From: Chrysomallon squamiferum
Taxonomy: Eukaryota; Animalia; Mollusca
Direction: 5' to 3'
Assembly: GCA_012295275.1 (NCBI GenBank)
Contig: CM022670.1
Location: 32,240,001 to 32,304,000, forward strand
DNA: 64,000 nt
Shown here: piece by piece, positions 14,166 to 30,500 of the stretch
Layout of the letters: each line of letters starts with the position of its first letter
Numbering within the stretch: the first letter of the stretch is position 1
Translations under genes and position numbers: made by a program
The notes under the pieces: generated by a model
Told to the model about the DNA's origin: nothing
Databases searched by the model: none
What the model saw: only the letters and a program-made list of their open reading frames with translations

Positions 14166-17100
14166 AATAACATAATACTGTAAAATGTTATTCTTGCTTG
14201 ATTTCTGTTTTTTGTGCACTGAAAAAGAATTTTCAGACAAATCTAACATGCACCTGTCATGTAATAGGTCAAAAGATGGGTTAATATTAAGTTATTATTC
14301 AAATGCAAAGCTCAATGGAGTCATGTATCATATGTCATGTAAAGAAAATCTTGGCTCACAGAGAGACAGACAGTATATTCAAAACACTGAGTTAACAAAA
14401 TATTTAATTAAAAAACCAAAAAATGAAAAGGGTCTTGAAAGATAACTGTTCTATAATTATTCCATTTATGAAATATAATTTAAAAGTGACTAATTAAAAA
14501 AAACTTTGCACTAATTAATTTTTATAATTTGTTTTGGATTGGTTTTTTTGCTGTTTTTTTGTTTTTTAATTGTTTTCTGTAGTTTTGTTTTGTCCATTTT
14601 TATTATTATTATTATTTTTAATATTAAATTTTAGCTAAAGATATAGTTCATTTATTTTATATATACATTGCTGCATTAAATTATTTATTAATTAGTGATT
14701 TCTGAAAAAAAACAGATTATCAATAAATATTTGCATTTCAGTCCTAGATGGCTTATGTAATACATAATAACTAACATTTTATTATGAAGTTCTATATTTG
14801 AATATGTGTGTGTGTGTACATTTTCAAATAAATCATTCTGAAGAAATATGTAAAAACATGGCTATAAGGCATCACTGACAACAGATAATAAAAATGATGA
14901 TTTAGCAACATTTTTAAGGATGTGATATGCTTGAATGAATACAATGAAAGGCTGTCAAAATGAATACCCTGCTACATGCAAAATGTTACTAGGCTATTGC
15001 TCTTATCATATAAAGTCAAAAAAAAAAAAAAAAACCCACATCATTAACAACTTTCTGCAATACATCCTCAAAAAAACCTCAGCTTAAATATACATATATG
15101 ACTATAGATTAAAAAAAATGTAAGCCTTTAACACTTTTAATATATTTATATATATATATATTAGAAGCTTAAATGGCAATTTGTATAATTCAAAGTCTTG
15201 TCCAAATATAAAGAACTAAAGTTATAGTTTATGCATAAACAAAGACCATATACTGTTTGTTTTAAGCTAGGTTAAACAAATAAAATCTTGACATACATTA
15301 AGAGATTATAATCAAGTCTCTCTTGTACAAATTATTTATTGTTAGTGTCACAGCACCTGCTAGTGAATAGGTAGACAAATATGTTTTATATATATAATCC
15401 AGTAGAAACAATTTGAAAAGTATTACTGTAGTTGACAGGTAAATTAATCCCAGTTGGTCACCACCCAGCCTATAATAACTTATAAAAGATACCAGAATGA
15501 CACCAAAAATGTGTAAATAACAAAAACACACTATATACTGTAACAGGTATTTAAGTAATTATAAAATAGATTTATTGTGAAATCAGATACATATAAATAT
15601 AATCTCCCATAATATATTATTCAGTTTCATTTTCTACATCTGTTTTGTAAGCTGCTTTTTTATTTACTTCTGCAATAACAAAAACCATCAGTGTCTACAG
15701 CCCACATAATGAATTGTTATTTGAGTTAATCTGAAAAAGGAGAAAGATTTAATGAAAAAAATAGTCATATTTTCTTTTCCTTTTAAGGATTTGATATGAG
15801 TTTTCCAGACTATTAAAACTGATAGATATGTGAAAATATGTGAAAATGAAGAAAACAAAATAAGATGCTCAACATCAAACCAAGATCTCTGTAAAAGCAA
15901 TGATTATCAAAAAAGTTAAGTCTTACACCTACTTTTGGTTGATACAGAAAGGAAAATACATCTAACACACAAACATTGATCAAGATTTTTTTTATTGGCA
16001 GTTCATAAAGAAGAACCATACATAGTCATGATATTCTATATTCTGCAATAAATGTTAACAGAAATTGTTAAAAACATTCACTTTTCTTGTGTATCCTCAA
16101 CAGTGAAAGACATGTTTTGGTTCAAAGCTGTGTATAATGTGTATTGCAAATACAAATGATTGATTCATTCAGTAACTCTTTTCAAATAAAACCGCAGCTT
16201 GACACACATTTTCACCATGTCAGTGTATGAGTAACTTGAACTTCTGCCAAAACATACCTGTCAACTTCAGTACTGCTTAAATCAGCATAAAACTCTGTTT
16301 AGCTGCTTTCAGTGTATGAGATGCTGTTTTTAAAAATTAAACTTAATTTATGTAAATAAATTGCATGTTTTTTTGCTCCAATGAAAATAGCTACATGCAG
16401 CCTGCATACTTATGGAAATACACTAATTTGGGAACAGTATCCTTAATGTTCAAATTTAATTTTCATTACTTTTATAAAAATTTAATTTATTTATTTTTAT
16501 TTTAAAAAACACCATTTTGGTTTAAATATCAAACATTTGCTAATTTCCATTTACAGACTTTTTTGCAATCTGCAGGTACATCATTCCAGTGCATTTTCTT
16601 ACAAAAACTGACCAAATCACCAACTGTAATTTTGAATTACACACGTCAGTTATAGGCTGGAAAAGTAAAATGATAGCAAACTGCAATTTCACCATTCAGT
16701 TTAATCAGTGAACTGTTCTATCATTTTTTTTAACATGTCTGCTTCAAACAATTGCAAAGTTTGGGTCAAAATGTACACTTTGAGAAAGCTTGTAGTGGTT
16801 CCACTGGAATTTATTATATTTGTGTATAGGGTGATAAGTGAGATTAAACATCCGACACTGCACAAAGTGTGTAGATTTACACAGACTGGGATTACAGGAA
16901 TCACTTGAGATAGTGAAATCAATAGGAAGATACAGATATATCTAGATTAAACATACCTCAAGGTACATACTGGCCAGTTTAAACAGAGTTCATCACATAG
17001 CTTTCTAGCAACAAAAGAATTAATAAAAATAGAATTACTTCAACATTCTGGATATTCTATTACAGACACTTTGAACAAACATTATAGATATAAAGATAAG

Positions 17101-18426
17101 TGAATACATATTTGTATCATTGAAAAACAAAGCTGTTAAAAAGACATTGGCATTGCTGATTCTTAGGCTTTTAACATTAAGAAATAAATTTGGTTATTGT
17201 TTTTAATAATTTTATAAATTATTTATTCCTGAATTTATTTATTTATTTTATTTTTATAAAAATGTTTAGTTAGAACAAACTGTTATCTGACATACACTCT
17301 TTATATCATTAACATCTTATTTTAAATATGTCTTAACAATTAAAATATCTATTTTTGGTCAAAATAATAAATAAATGAATAATTAAATGATGTGTCCTCT
17401 TAGATTGACTGAAAAATAATGTGTAACAAATGTTCAGTTCAAATACAAACAAGAAAGATATAATAATCAGCTTGTAACATTAACCAAAACTGTAACGAGA
17501 TAATATACTGTAACTTTTACTGGTTTAATATTATTTATTTTTTCGAATCTAAATTATAGTAAATAGCTATTTACAACAGTTTTCTACTTAAAACTTCAAG
17601 TTTTACATAACATATACATAAATTCAAGAAACTAGAACTTTCTTTGAAGATATTAAGAAGTAATTATTGCAAGACTGATATTTGTTTCACTGCTCTGATC
17701 TTTAGATCTAAAATGACATGAAGACACATTTGTAAGCTTCATAAAACTAAGCAAATATGAAAGACATGTCTTCTTTTGTGAAGATTCTAAATCCTTCCAT
17801 CAGCATTAAGTTGATTCAAGCGCTGGCAGTCCATGAAATCAGCAGTGTTGAGTAATTTTATGCTTTATTACACTTTGGAAAACCTCTCCATCTGGCATGA
17901 CCAAGAATATCAAAGGTTAGAGAGCTGAAATTACAGTTTTATGTATTTGCTCAGAACATAAGATCTAATAAAACTTGAATGTTCTACAGACTTCATATAT
18001 ATATTTCAAAAGTTGTGATATGTTGAAATGACTTTTAACATCGACTAGATTATTTGACTTTATAAATGTTCTTGTTTCAAACAGGTATATCAAAGGCTAT
18101 CTTTGCTTGCCCAATATTCATGTTAAAGTAATTTTAAAATATTTGATATTTCATTATTACTAGAAGATACAACATATTAAACTAAGAGTAAAGTATTCCT
18201 TTAACTGTATGAACAATAGTCTAAATTTATTCTGTATGCTACATGACTGTTTTATGATGTTTTTATGTTTGTCTTTTCTCTTCCGGATAGTAGCTAATGC
18301 TAACAATAGAAATGACAATAACAATAAATCAAAGTATGTAGACAAAACATTAACCTGCAAATATGCATGATGGTTGTACAGTTCTTCACAATGGTAATTA
18401 TGCATTAATCATGGAACTGGTAACAT

Positions 18427-18465
<39 letters not shown>

Positions 18466-21400
18466 ACTAATTGCTTTATTTACAAAATTAGGCCTAAAAA
18501 ATATTCAATTAAATTTACAAAAAAATAAATAAAAATAATAATAATATGAATCTGATTAGCATTATTTCATTTACAAAATTTTTAAAAAAAAATAGTAAAA
18601 AAATAAAAAATAAAAAAATAAAATAAATAAATTAAATAAATTAAAATAAAATAAAATTTATTTTAGCATCCAAATGCAAATGAATCAGTAACTGACACAA
18701 GACAATTTGTGCTTATTATGACTGAAAAACTGAAATGTCTGACAAGTGTCACAAGATGCTTATTTTGAACAGATGGATACATTAGAATAAAGTCAGTCTG
18801 TAACTGGAAGTATAGCATTTACTTCTCACTGTTTTTTATGTTAAGCTTATAAATCCAGGTAATAAACAAAGGCACAAATAAAGGAAACAAAACACAGTTT
18901 AGACAGCAAGTTGGTCATGAAGCAAAACAAGATCAGGTTTCTTCAGCCTTGGTAACACTATTCATCAAATCTAAACTGTTATTTACTGGACTGCTTTTTA
19001 AAGTCCAATTCCATTAAGCTCACTGAAGGCCAAGTCATAGTCCTGGATTGAATTATGTATTTGATATATAGTCAGTCTAAGATGAAGACAGGGAATAAAT
19101 ATGGCCTGTTGTTTATTTATCATCCAAACCAAGTCATAACTCATTAGCAGTTGTGCTGCTTTTTTGTAGAAGTGTATATAAAGAAAAATAATTTCTGATA
19201 ATGAAGAAAAATAACTCGTTTGGTTGTGGTATGTACTGCTTTGTTGTTGAAATTTAAATATAGAAAAATAATCTATGATAATAATAAAAAAAAACAGCTG
19301 GTTTCTTCTGAAGATTAATATATATGTTAATTACCTATATTTGACATCCTAAAGGTGACACAATAAATCATTTCTCAAAATTATCTTATAAATATTATTA
19401 AACTCTGATCTGCTGTTTTTTCAAAGAATATGGTATGTAGTTTCATTCTAAAAAGCTTTTATAAAAACTGGTACTTCTAAACCAGTCAGAATTTTCAAAA
19501 CAAAAAAATATTTTTCTTTAGCTAAACCAACTGAAAGATATGTATCCATATGATGCATTATATGCAATGCAGATGGATGTGTAACTACATGAAAATAACT
19601 GAAAGCCACGAAATTACAACATAAGCTTCTTAATGGTTATTATAAGCAAGGGCAAGGATGGGAAGCTCAGTCATGTCCATTGTGCACAAGCTCTAAGCAA
19701 ACTCGAGACAGGACTTATAGCTGATCCTTTTGACAAAGTACTGTCACAGGTGTTTGGTACAAATGAATAGGCAAACACAACCATGTAAAAGCAAATGAAC
19801 ACAAACGTACCAGTCTCTTGACCCTACAGAAAGGTCACCTCCTTATTAGCCCAAGTGAAATTAGATGAGTTTTATTGAGGAGTGGTGGTCATTCATGGCC
19901 TTTCATCAGATGGCAGAAGTACCTTTCTCAGCAAAATTGATGGTTTTGTGATGGTCAAAGCTTTCCTAACAAAATACTTGAAAATTGCTGGCATCAACAA
20001 AATTGCTTTCTGTGGTGCAGAATAAACAAGGTTCTTGGACATGTGTTTTGAAGAAAAACCAATTACTTAGCTCAAGGATAGAACTAGGTTATTTCAGCTA
20101 TCCATTGTGAAATAATGTTTTGTCCCCAAAAACACCATGTCATAAGTCAGAGAATGAAGGGATCAACAGATACAAATATAATAAAACATCTATAAAACAT
20201 CAATGGTTTTCCAAGCCTTGAAAGATAAAGCACTCAAAATATTTCTTGTAAACTGGGAAATTGTATATCTTAATTTACAGTTGCTGGCACAAACAAATGA
20301 AACAGGGAATCTCTAACAATAAATGAAGTCCCTATAATTTTGTTGTCTGTTAAGTTTTTAAATAACCATCAAAACTGAAATATATTAAACTCTGATCTTT
20401 TACATACAAGTCCCATTTTACACAAGTCTAAACTGAAAAAGACTGCTTAAGATTTATTTCTGCAATCGCCAACATGTTATCTTTCATGATGCCTGACAAG
20501 AAAAACCATCTGTTTGTTTTTACCTTTTAAAACAGGTGAAACTGAAATGTTTGTGAGAAAAACAGTGTTAAATTACCAAATACTTTGATAAGAAAAGCAA
20601 ATAAATATTTGTTTATCCAAAACAATTTGTCTGAATGACAGTGACATGAGCAAAATTAACTGGAAAAGAAATTCCAGTGTTTTTACATTGCCATTTAATT
20701 TGGAAACAGGTAAATAGAATCAATTTGGAACACATACACATTAAGTCTTAATGTGATAAAATGACTCACAGTATCAAATATATTGTTTCATACTATTAAC
20801 ATTCTTTTTTAAATAGATGTGTGTGTGTGTGTGTGTGTGTGTGGAAGAGTTGTGGCTTGTTTCAGAAATTATGGCTATCAAATATATTGCTAACACACTA
20901 CAGAAATAAAATATCAGCACAAGGTAAGATAAATACATATACATTTAATGAATAATTCAAATGATTTAGTGTACAAACTGGAAACAGCTTTCTTTACAAA
21001 TGTGTTTTGGTCTGACATATTAACCTACATTGATCCATTTGCCCCTTAGATTTTGCCCCAAAATGCTTCAGGAATAATAAGAACTGATAATTTGGGGTTT
21101 CATTCAAATAATCATTTTGTAGCAATATGGATTTCAATGATACTGAGGTACGTTAATGTTAAAGAGTAAAGATAAAACATCGGGAAAATAGAAATGAATG
21201 TCCTGGAAAAATAAATGTTTTAAATTTATTCTTTGCTATTTGATCATTCCAGGATCTTTTTCAATTTGCCATTTATAAACACTGTTTTGGTTTATACATA
21301 AACAAACTTCCAAAATTCATCAGGTTCTCTCCCATCTGTTTCACACCCCACTTATCAGTCACTTATATTTTTTTCCCGTTTGTGTGACACATCATTTACA

Positions 21401-24400
21401 GACTGATTTTGTAAACCCCTGTTGTTTTAATCCAATATAGCAGCCCTATTAGAAAGATCTAAATAACAGGACTGTATTCAACAACTTCAGGAGGCTGATG
21501 CATCTAAACCTGTTTTGGCATTCTACAGTTAAATGAGACTGCTGTAGACACAGGTATGTAAATCTCCACAGAGCTGAGAATGTTAACCTCAGTTTTAAAC
21601 TGTCTGGTCGTGTTATGTCACTGACATCCATGCTAAATAGCACCAGTGTTTGCTGATTATGTTAACCTAAAGACAAAAATGCTAGCCAGTTTTACACTGA
21701 AAGCAACATTAGATACTGCAGGTTATGAAGAAAATACATGAAGTCATGAATGTTCTTTTCAACTAACATGAATGATACCTAAAATACCCCAATTTTATAT
21801 CCATGAGATTTAAGCAAATTAATTTTTCAGTTAACTAACTTGAAAAAATCTCTAATATGCAATATTAAATTAAAATTATAATAACTAGCAAAAAAAAGAA
21901 TTCAGCATTTTCTAATAATATATTGAGCTTACACAACATGAGTAACACTGCATTAGCATGTTTTGTTTATACTTTGGCATTATTATTTTATATTAATTTG
22001 TGAAAGCAGATGCTGGCAGTAATTAATAAATGTGTTCCTCTTGTCTGACATAAACTAATAGGCCTACAGACTATGCAAGTTCTGGCCTGATTAAAAAAAA
22101 AAAAAAAAAAAAAACAAGCTCGTAAAACTGATACAGACCAGTTTAGTAAGCAAACTGAAAGTTTGGAAGTTCTCATGTTTTCCTCAGAAATTATGTAAAC
22201 TGCTCTGTTTGACTGATGATTTAAAACGACTTAATCTGTAATCTCTTTATTTATTTTTTATAATTTATTTATTTTTATTTTTTAATTATTATTATTTTTT
22301 ATTTATTTAATGTTTAATTCTTTATTATATTATTTCATTGTTTTCTTTTCTTTTCTATATATTATGTATTACATTTAAAAAAAAATATATTATTTTATTT
22401 TTTTATTTATTTATTTATTTATATATTTTTTTTGATAAATTTAAATTGCTGCTACATCATCATTTTGAATATAAACATTAAAAAACATTTATGTTATCTT
22501 AATTACATTAACATCCCTAACATCTGTGTACTCATTAACAAGCTCATCACAGTAGTGCATACAAATGTCTGTACAGCTAAATATTTCGGAAATCCTGTGC
22601 AGGTTTAACAGAAGTATTAGAGCTTACAAAACACACACACACAGCTGTGTATCATTAAAAAAAAGTGTATATTTAGATATCCTAATCATCATGGCTACTT
22701 ATTTCCTAAAGTTATATTTCAGATTACTGACACTTGTGTTTTAAAAGAAACAAAAAAACAAAAAACACCACCACCTACAAAATCCTTCAGTCTCAGGTAA
22801 AAACCTGTTATTGTAATTATAATGAAGGAATGAAACATAAGGTGGTTTCTGTAGATTGCTTTAAAATATTGGAGAAGATTATTAGTCACGGTTTTAACAC
22901 CCAGACAGAAATGGTCTTGGGAAGAAAAAAAAAATATATAAAGCTTTTCTCTTTAGCAGTCTATTTCAGAGAGGACCCTTCTCTGAGATACTTATATAAA
23001 TAAAACAAAACAACTGAAAAACACAACCAAATTAATTTAATTTGTTTTATTTTTTTCGTTTTTTCCAGCATTAATTTTTTTTTTTTTTTTTCCAGCATTA
23101 ATTTTTTTGTAATATAATCTTGGAACACTTTGTAATTTTTTTTTTTTTTTTTCCAAATGCAAGCAAATATTTTTAAAAATTTGCTCTTTTTTCCCCCCTT
23201 CATTTGGTAGGGATTATCTTCATATAAAAAGCATTAATATTAGTAAAATAAATCAGCAAATTAGAAGAAAACACAAAATTTTACACAATAAATGTAACTG
23301 AAATGAGAAAACTAATACGTGTTGATAAATACTGGGGGTTTTCAAAAAAATATTTTTACATAAATCAGAAGGAATAACTTACTATTAGAACCCATTCTTG
23401 AAAAATGTAATCAACTATATAGTTATATAGACAGGTAGACATTGTAATTCAGTGACAGTATGCAAATATTCTGAGCTGATAAACATAATCTATAATTCAG
23501 TGAAAGGGTATTCAGTACATGATATACACATCATTCAGTATCTGTGGGCTCATCAGTTATTTTCTATTTGATTACATCCAGTGCCCTCAGAATCAAAGAA
23601 TTATTTGTTTTGCTTATCCAAAGCTGTGCCACTCTGTTTGATGCACTGATTGACATGGTGAAAGCTAATGAGAAACCAGAAAGGAATGAAAAGTTATGGA
23701 TAATAAAGAAAAACAAGTTAATATTTTTAGTGTTATTTTACCACCTCATCATGTATTTAGATAATGTAAAATTGTAAACCATGAAATCAGCAAAACTGTT
23801 ACTAATAGGGCAAATATTAACAAGTGTTGCATAATGTCTGCATAGCATAAATGATAAGAAAAGAGAGCGAAGTCTCTTGTATTGACACTCAGCAAGTACG
23901 CTTGTTAATGAGGACAAAACTGACATGGATTAAACCAAGTGTGTTAACAGAATTACTGATCAGTGTTTACTCACAAAGAATTGCTGATATGTACTTGTGA
24001 TACATATGAATTATGCAACATGTGTGAAAGAGTTTTAAAAATAAAATAATTGCTACATTTTATTATTGGACAGTAATGTAATACTCACTGCATGCTATTT
24101 TATATCATAATATTATTTAGTTATAGAACAAGCTTTAGTTCACATTAGTAGCCAAATAAATTAAAATATTATTTCTGTATTACCTTTTTAATGTAGATTA
24201 TAGATGTTTTTCTTAACAAATTGCCTTAATGACAATTTTAAATTTATACAGAGAAAGACAGACAGACAGACAGAAAGAGAGAAAAAGAGAGAAGAAAAAG
24301 AAAGGTATATGTTAAAATAAACCAAGATTTAATATAATAAAATAAAGGGAAAATAGTGGAATAAAAGTAAAGAACTGCTAATTAACTAAGAACATTATTT

Positions 24401-24517
24401 CAATATCTGACTTTTTTTTTATTTTCTGAATTCTGACAGAATAAAAAACTGAATTTTACCAACTGTTATGTATGAAATATTTATTATTTTAAAAGAATCA
24501 GAGCCAATAAATCAAAC

Positions 24518-24558
<41 letters not shown>

Positions 24559-27500
24559 ATAAAAGAAGCTAAGATATCAAAAAATAAACGTTTTTATGTT
24601 TTATTTACAGCAATACAGAAGTAGGTTTATTACAGCACATCAAACTAATGTCATTTGATGTAGATACATAACAAAACCAACATACCATAACAAAACAAGT
24701 ATTTTATGTGGTCTATACCAACACAAAGACTCGGGAATGTAAAATAATTTTAAAATCACCAAGTGGAACTAAGATAAACAGAATGTAACAAGGTTGCAGC
24801 TGTAGTGTATACTCTCATTTAATGATCAAATCTTTACAACGAAATGTTTGTGTTTGTCTGGACAAATCATTAATCTGTGCTTAATATAGCAAATTATATT
24901 GGAAACATATTGGAGACCAGTTGAATTTTTATGTAAAAAGGAAATGAGAGGTTTTTAAATTATTTTCTAGTACAAGTACAAAGGTAAACATAACTGTCGT
25001 CATATCTTCTTTAAAAAAAAGTATTTCTTTACATTTTAAAAAAAATATTCTTAAGTGCATATCAAATGACTGCATTAAATAGCTCCTTATTATTCAAGGG
25101 CATATTATGAATATAAATTCAAAAAGTTTGTTATAACAATAGCTGTTTTTTATTTTATTATGTATACATTTATTTGTTAGGTAAATTAATTTTTAGAACT
25201 ATTCCAAGTATTTTATCTTTGACTCATTATAAAAACAGTAAAAAAGAACAAGATTTTCAAATATCAGGACTTTTTTCAGGAATGGATTGACATGAAGACA
25301 GTTTTACTGAAATACTCTCAATAAAATAGAAATACGGTATTTGATTACTGCATTATTTCAAAGAAAGTGTTAAAGAGTATCACTTTCTGGAACTTGAAGA
25401 CGAGTGTCAAGTTAACAAAACCTCATCCTGCTTCTAAGATACGATGAGCTTTTAGGAGTAAGTCAGGTGGAACAAATTTTCAAGGTGAAACCTCAACATA
25501 GTCAGTCATTATTTATTCAGGTAAGCTGATCAAACAGCACCTGGACGAGGAAACTCTTGCACTGTAATTAAGACCACAGTGAAAAGTTTTTCTACAGCAT
25601 GTTGCCACAGAACAAATGTGTCAACCTGACTGGGTAAAGTTCACTGAACTACGCATGCTTCTACATGTAGATTCTGTCCAAGGATTTATTATATTTTTAT
25701 CACATACTCTCCGTACATTTTACATTTTTAGTACCTGGAATTTATTAGTAATACTGAGTTTACCCTGATGTTATTAGTGTCAAGAGTCCATCTCGGGATA
25801 GCAAAGTTTGAATGAAAAGGAATGTTCTTTTAATGACCATCCAGAACGTTGTGTACAATCAGATGTTCCAGCATAAAGGACAGTTTTAATGACTGTGCCT
25901 TTTAAAGTCTAGACTTTGACTCAAAACATATAAATGTATGCACAATATAATATTTCTAATATATCTAATATCTTTGTTATTGTACTTGAAAACTCTGCAT
26001 TTAAAATAAGACTGAAATATTTTTTCAGACTATTATTTCGTTTTACTTAGAAAGTATTTTCTCACTGTGAGGTAATACATAATACTGGCCTTCTTTAAAG
26101 AAAGTGAAAAATGCATAAACTGGAAATCTGAGATGAAATCTAGTAAGCTTAATATGTGATACCCAAACCAACATTTAACACACTGCATTTCCAAATTAGA
26201 ACTAATGTACTGTATAACTAGTTTTGAACTAAACCAATTTTACAGCTTAGCATTTTGAATTAATTCAGTTTTATTTAAACAGTTTAGATTAGTAACAGGC
26301 ACAGTATCATGCAGTACCAAATCCTATTTATACTTCATACAAAAGATTTAACACTTCATATTTAAGAAAAAAAATGTTTAAAAATATATAAAATAAATTT
26401 AAGAAAAAAAACTTTTCCCAGCATACATTTTCTGAAATACTTAATTTTTTTTTTTTTTTTTTTTCTTTGTTAATGCAACATAATCTTGTATAGAAATAAT
26501 TAAACAGTGAGAAAAAAACTAATTCTCAGTTACAATACAGAAGTTGTAAAGCATCTTTTAAAATATTTTTTTGGGATGTGTGTGTGTTCATGGTTTTACA
26601 ACTTTTCATCATGAAAGGTGACATGCAGTGCCTTTCAAGAGGAGGAAAAGAAACACAAAAAGAATTCTTAAAATCAAATATCTTTCAACAAAGATTTATG
26701 CAGTTCACCTATGAACCTGGATAAAGCAAGCTTACAAATGTCTCACAGACACAACAAAAGCATGTTTGTAGTTTAATTTATGTACAAAAACTTAGAAGAA
26801 AAAAACAATTTAGCTAGATAAAATATGCTGACAGAAATGATCAATGAGTTTATGAGAATTTAATGGTTTATTTTATTTAATTTAAATGGAAAAATCAGAG
26901 GAAGAGAGAAAAGGAAATACATGTTCAAAACATGGAAATACAAAACTCAATAACAATGTAGTGTTTTCTTAAAATATATATATTTATATATGATATAAGT
27001 AATATACTTCAATGGGACATTTTAAACAAACCTTTGATGATAATAAAGTATAATAATAAAACAGCAAACCCTTGTGGATGCAATTAATTATAGCCTGCCA
27101 AATAGTATATGATCTCATTTCATACATAAATGTTAAAAAAAAAAAAAAAAATGAAATATGTTAATCTTTGAAAAATTAATGTATTCCTTGAATGTTAGTG
27201 TTTATATATATATGAGAATGTTTAATAACTTTTTATGATATGCACCCCTTCAAAAAAAAAATTTTTTAAAAATTAAATAAATGGATACTAACAATATCCT
27301 CTAAAAAATGTTTTACATTATAGTATGGAAACAAGACTTAATATGTAAAATATATTTAACTACCTGGTCATAAAACCACTGGTTAACATTAATCAAAGCG
27401 ATGCTCGTTTTGCTACCTCACAGGTATGATAGATGGTAACTGTCAGCTATGCATCTTATTTTCCCAAAATACTTCTTCAAAGATCAGCAATACATTGTAA

Positions 27501-30500
27501 TTTGTAACTTCAAAGAATGTATTGCCACATGCCACTCTTGGAATGATGGAAGTTAAGCTGCAATTATGCAAAACTCCCAGACTTGCATTTGTTACACAGC
27601 ATGGTTACTGAAATAACTGCAGCACAGCACATATCTTACTGGTTATGAACATTTTTCTTAGCCAAGATGTATTTTGAATTTTTATTACAATAATTTAATT
27701 AAAACTGAACTGATACAATTTATTTTACTTTTAAAGCAAACTAAAACATAAAATTATGTGTTTATTCACAATCAAAATATTATATTTTATAAAACATATA
27801 ATTTAAATAAAAGTGATGTTATAAGGTTTTGGGGGTTTGTTTGTTTTTTCAAAAAATAATAATAAATAGTAAATTTCAAATGAAACTTAAAACTTAATGG
27901 CAATAGCTTTTTAAAAACATTTGATATATTGACTTAAAAAAAAGAAAAACAATTTTCTACTGATGGCAAAATAGGCATATTATATTTATGGCTATTACAT
28001 TATAGGTTTCATTCTATTTCATTTTGTTTAAATTTTATTATTAATATAATTTTTATTTTTATTTTTTATTTACATATTCATTATTTTATATTATTTCATT
28101 TCATTTGTTTTTAATTTAATTTAATTTAGTTTAATCTTTTAATTATTATTATTATTTTTTTTTTTTTGGCTTTTACAATTCCTGAAAGAAATAACTAATC
28201 CAAGTACTTAATGAATATTTAATTTTATATTACTTACATTTAACTAGTACAAACAAAATGTATAGGAAGCATATCGGAAGTATCAATATAATACAGGAAG
28301 AAGGCTATACATACTTACAAACCCTGGAAAAATGCTTACCTATGACCTGATACTTCCTGTAGTAACATGCACATGCATATTAATTACTCAGATTTATTAT
28401 AAGATAGAGTTCTACTCATTTGTAAAATCTTTTTCAGCTGTTATATTTTGTAATTTTGTAAATAATAATGAAGAGTACAGAAACTATAAATTTTAAAATG
28501 GTACTCTTTTCTCTTTTCTTTATGACAGAATGTTGTTTTCACAACCCAAAACATTAAATTTAATAAAAAACAAAAACAAATCCACACACATGAAGCAAAT
28601 AGTGTACATTCAGTCAAAAATAATAACCAAGCTGATGATATAGAAATTATTCATGGTTTAGATACATCATGATAACTAGATGCACTAAAAGCGTTTTGCT
28701 GAGAACGTGGCTGACTTGAGATAGCAATCATAAGCAATAAAACTGACATTATGCTGTCTGTCTGCAGACCACAGCATGATGAACGGGTCCACTGATGTCT
28801 ACACTCTTCGGACCAGTAAAACGTGTTCCCCACTTTCTGTAAAAACACTACCACCTGCTCATCATTTACCTTCTTTTATTAATCTCTTTGTCTTCTAACT
28901 TCATTTATTAGTATTATTTTTACAATTTTTTGCTTGATGTGTCTGTTGGCATTAAACAGACCATTATATATTTCAAACATCAGCCATTTTCAGAGTGTTT
29001 TTTCTTTTTTTTTTTTGTGTTATCTCATGGTTATTAATGGAATGAACTCAGTTTAGTGTATTTTAAAAAGATATTTAAAGTATTAAAAATCAAATATTCA
29101 GGAACATTAACTATTCCTCTGTTTTATATAATCCAACATAAAGATGTAATAAAAACATTTTTATCAAATAAAAGAATATTTTCAGAATAATTTACAAATA
29201 ATTTGCAATGCTTTAAATTTTCTAATTTATTTTGTCTTTTGGTATAATGTGGATACAAGGGTGTAAATAACTGGATTCTTTTTAACATCAGTCACAAAGC
29301 AGGAGATTAAAATCAAACTGCACATTAACCCCATGAGCACACAAAGTAATGGAAAATTCATCCACTGACTGATTTGAACATTTGTCTGTCTATTCAATCT
29401 TCAAAATATTCACCACCTAGAAAATTGCCTCTTTATTCTTTCAAAAAAAAAATATAAATAAATAAATAAATAATAGACTGAATATCAAAACATTTTGTTA
29501 AAATAAAAAAATAAAAATTAATCATTATCCATAAACAGTTAAGATATACATAAATAAAGATCTTTTTATTTAACTCTATATTTATCTTAGAAATAATGTT
29601 TTTTGATCATATTTATTTAGATATTTATAAAAAAAAAAAAAAAAAAAAAACTAAAATTCCAAAAAAGAAATGCTGAGTATGTCTGTCAGAAAAAGAAAGG
29701 TCATTAAACTTGAGGCAAGTTATGTGAGAATTATTTCTTATTTATAAATAAACAAATAGATCATCACTCTAAGTAATACAACGTTTACACAAAACTGGCC
29801 CTGAGTGTTTTGTTTAATTAGTGGTTTATAGATTATTTAAATCGTAGTGAACAATGTGTTATCATGTTTACTTTAAGAGTTCATAGAGACTAACAACAGG
29901 GTCAATATTGATGAGAAATAAATAAATACAGTTTACAGAAATACATTATTCATTGTTATTTTGTAAGTAACAAATTTTATATCAGATTTTATGAAGATTT
30001 GTAAAACAGGCAGCCTGAAGGAGATTCTTTTTATTTATTTTTTTTAGTCTTATGTTTATTAGCTCTAGATAATCTATGAGATATTACTGTACTCTGTCCA
30101 GTTTGAAATTCAGGTTTTGTGGAGGAAAAACAATTTTCATGTAATTTCATTTAATACCACATTTTTACACATCAGTACACAATGGTATAATCACATGGAA
30201 CATTTTGTAAAATATTAGTTTGGGTTAATAATGTCATAATTTTGTGCTCAAAAGGGTGGGAAAAAAAAAAGAAATGATTAAAACAAGATAGGAAAAAAGA
30301 AGAAATTTCTTTAGTCACAGATTTACTATAGTTTCTGACATGTCTGTTCCTAAATGTAAAATTATAATTTTATTTTATTTTAATTCTTTTTTTTTTTAAT
30401 TTGTTTTGGACTGGTGCATTAATCTTCTCTTTAATACAGAAGGTCTGGAACAAGTATTATTAACACTTGGTTATCAGAATTAAACCAGATGACATGATCA

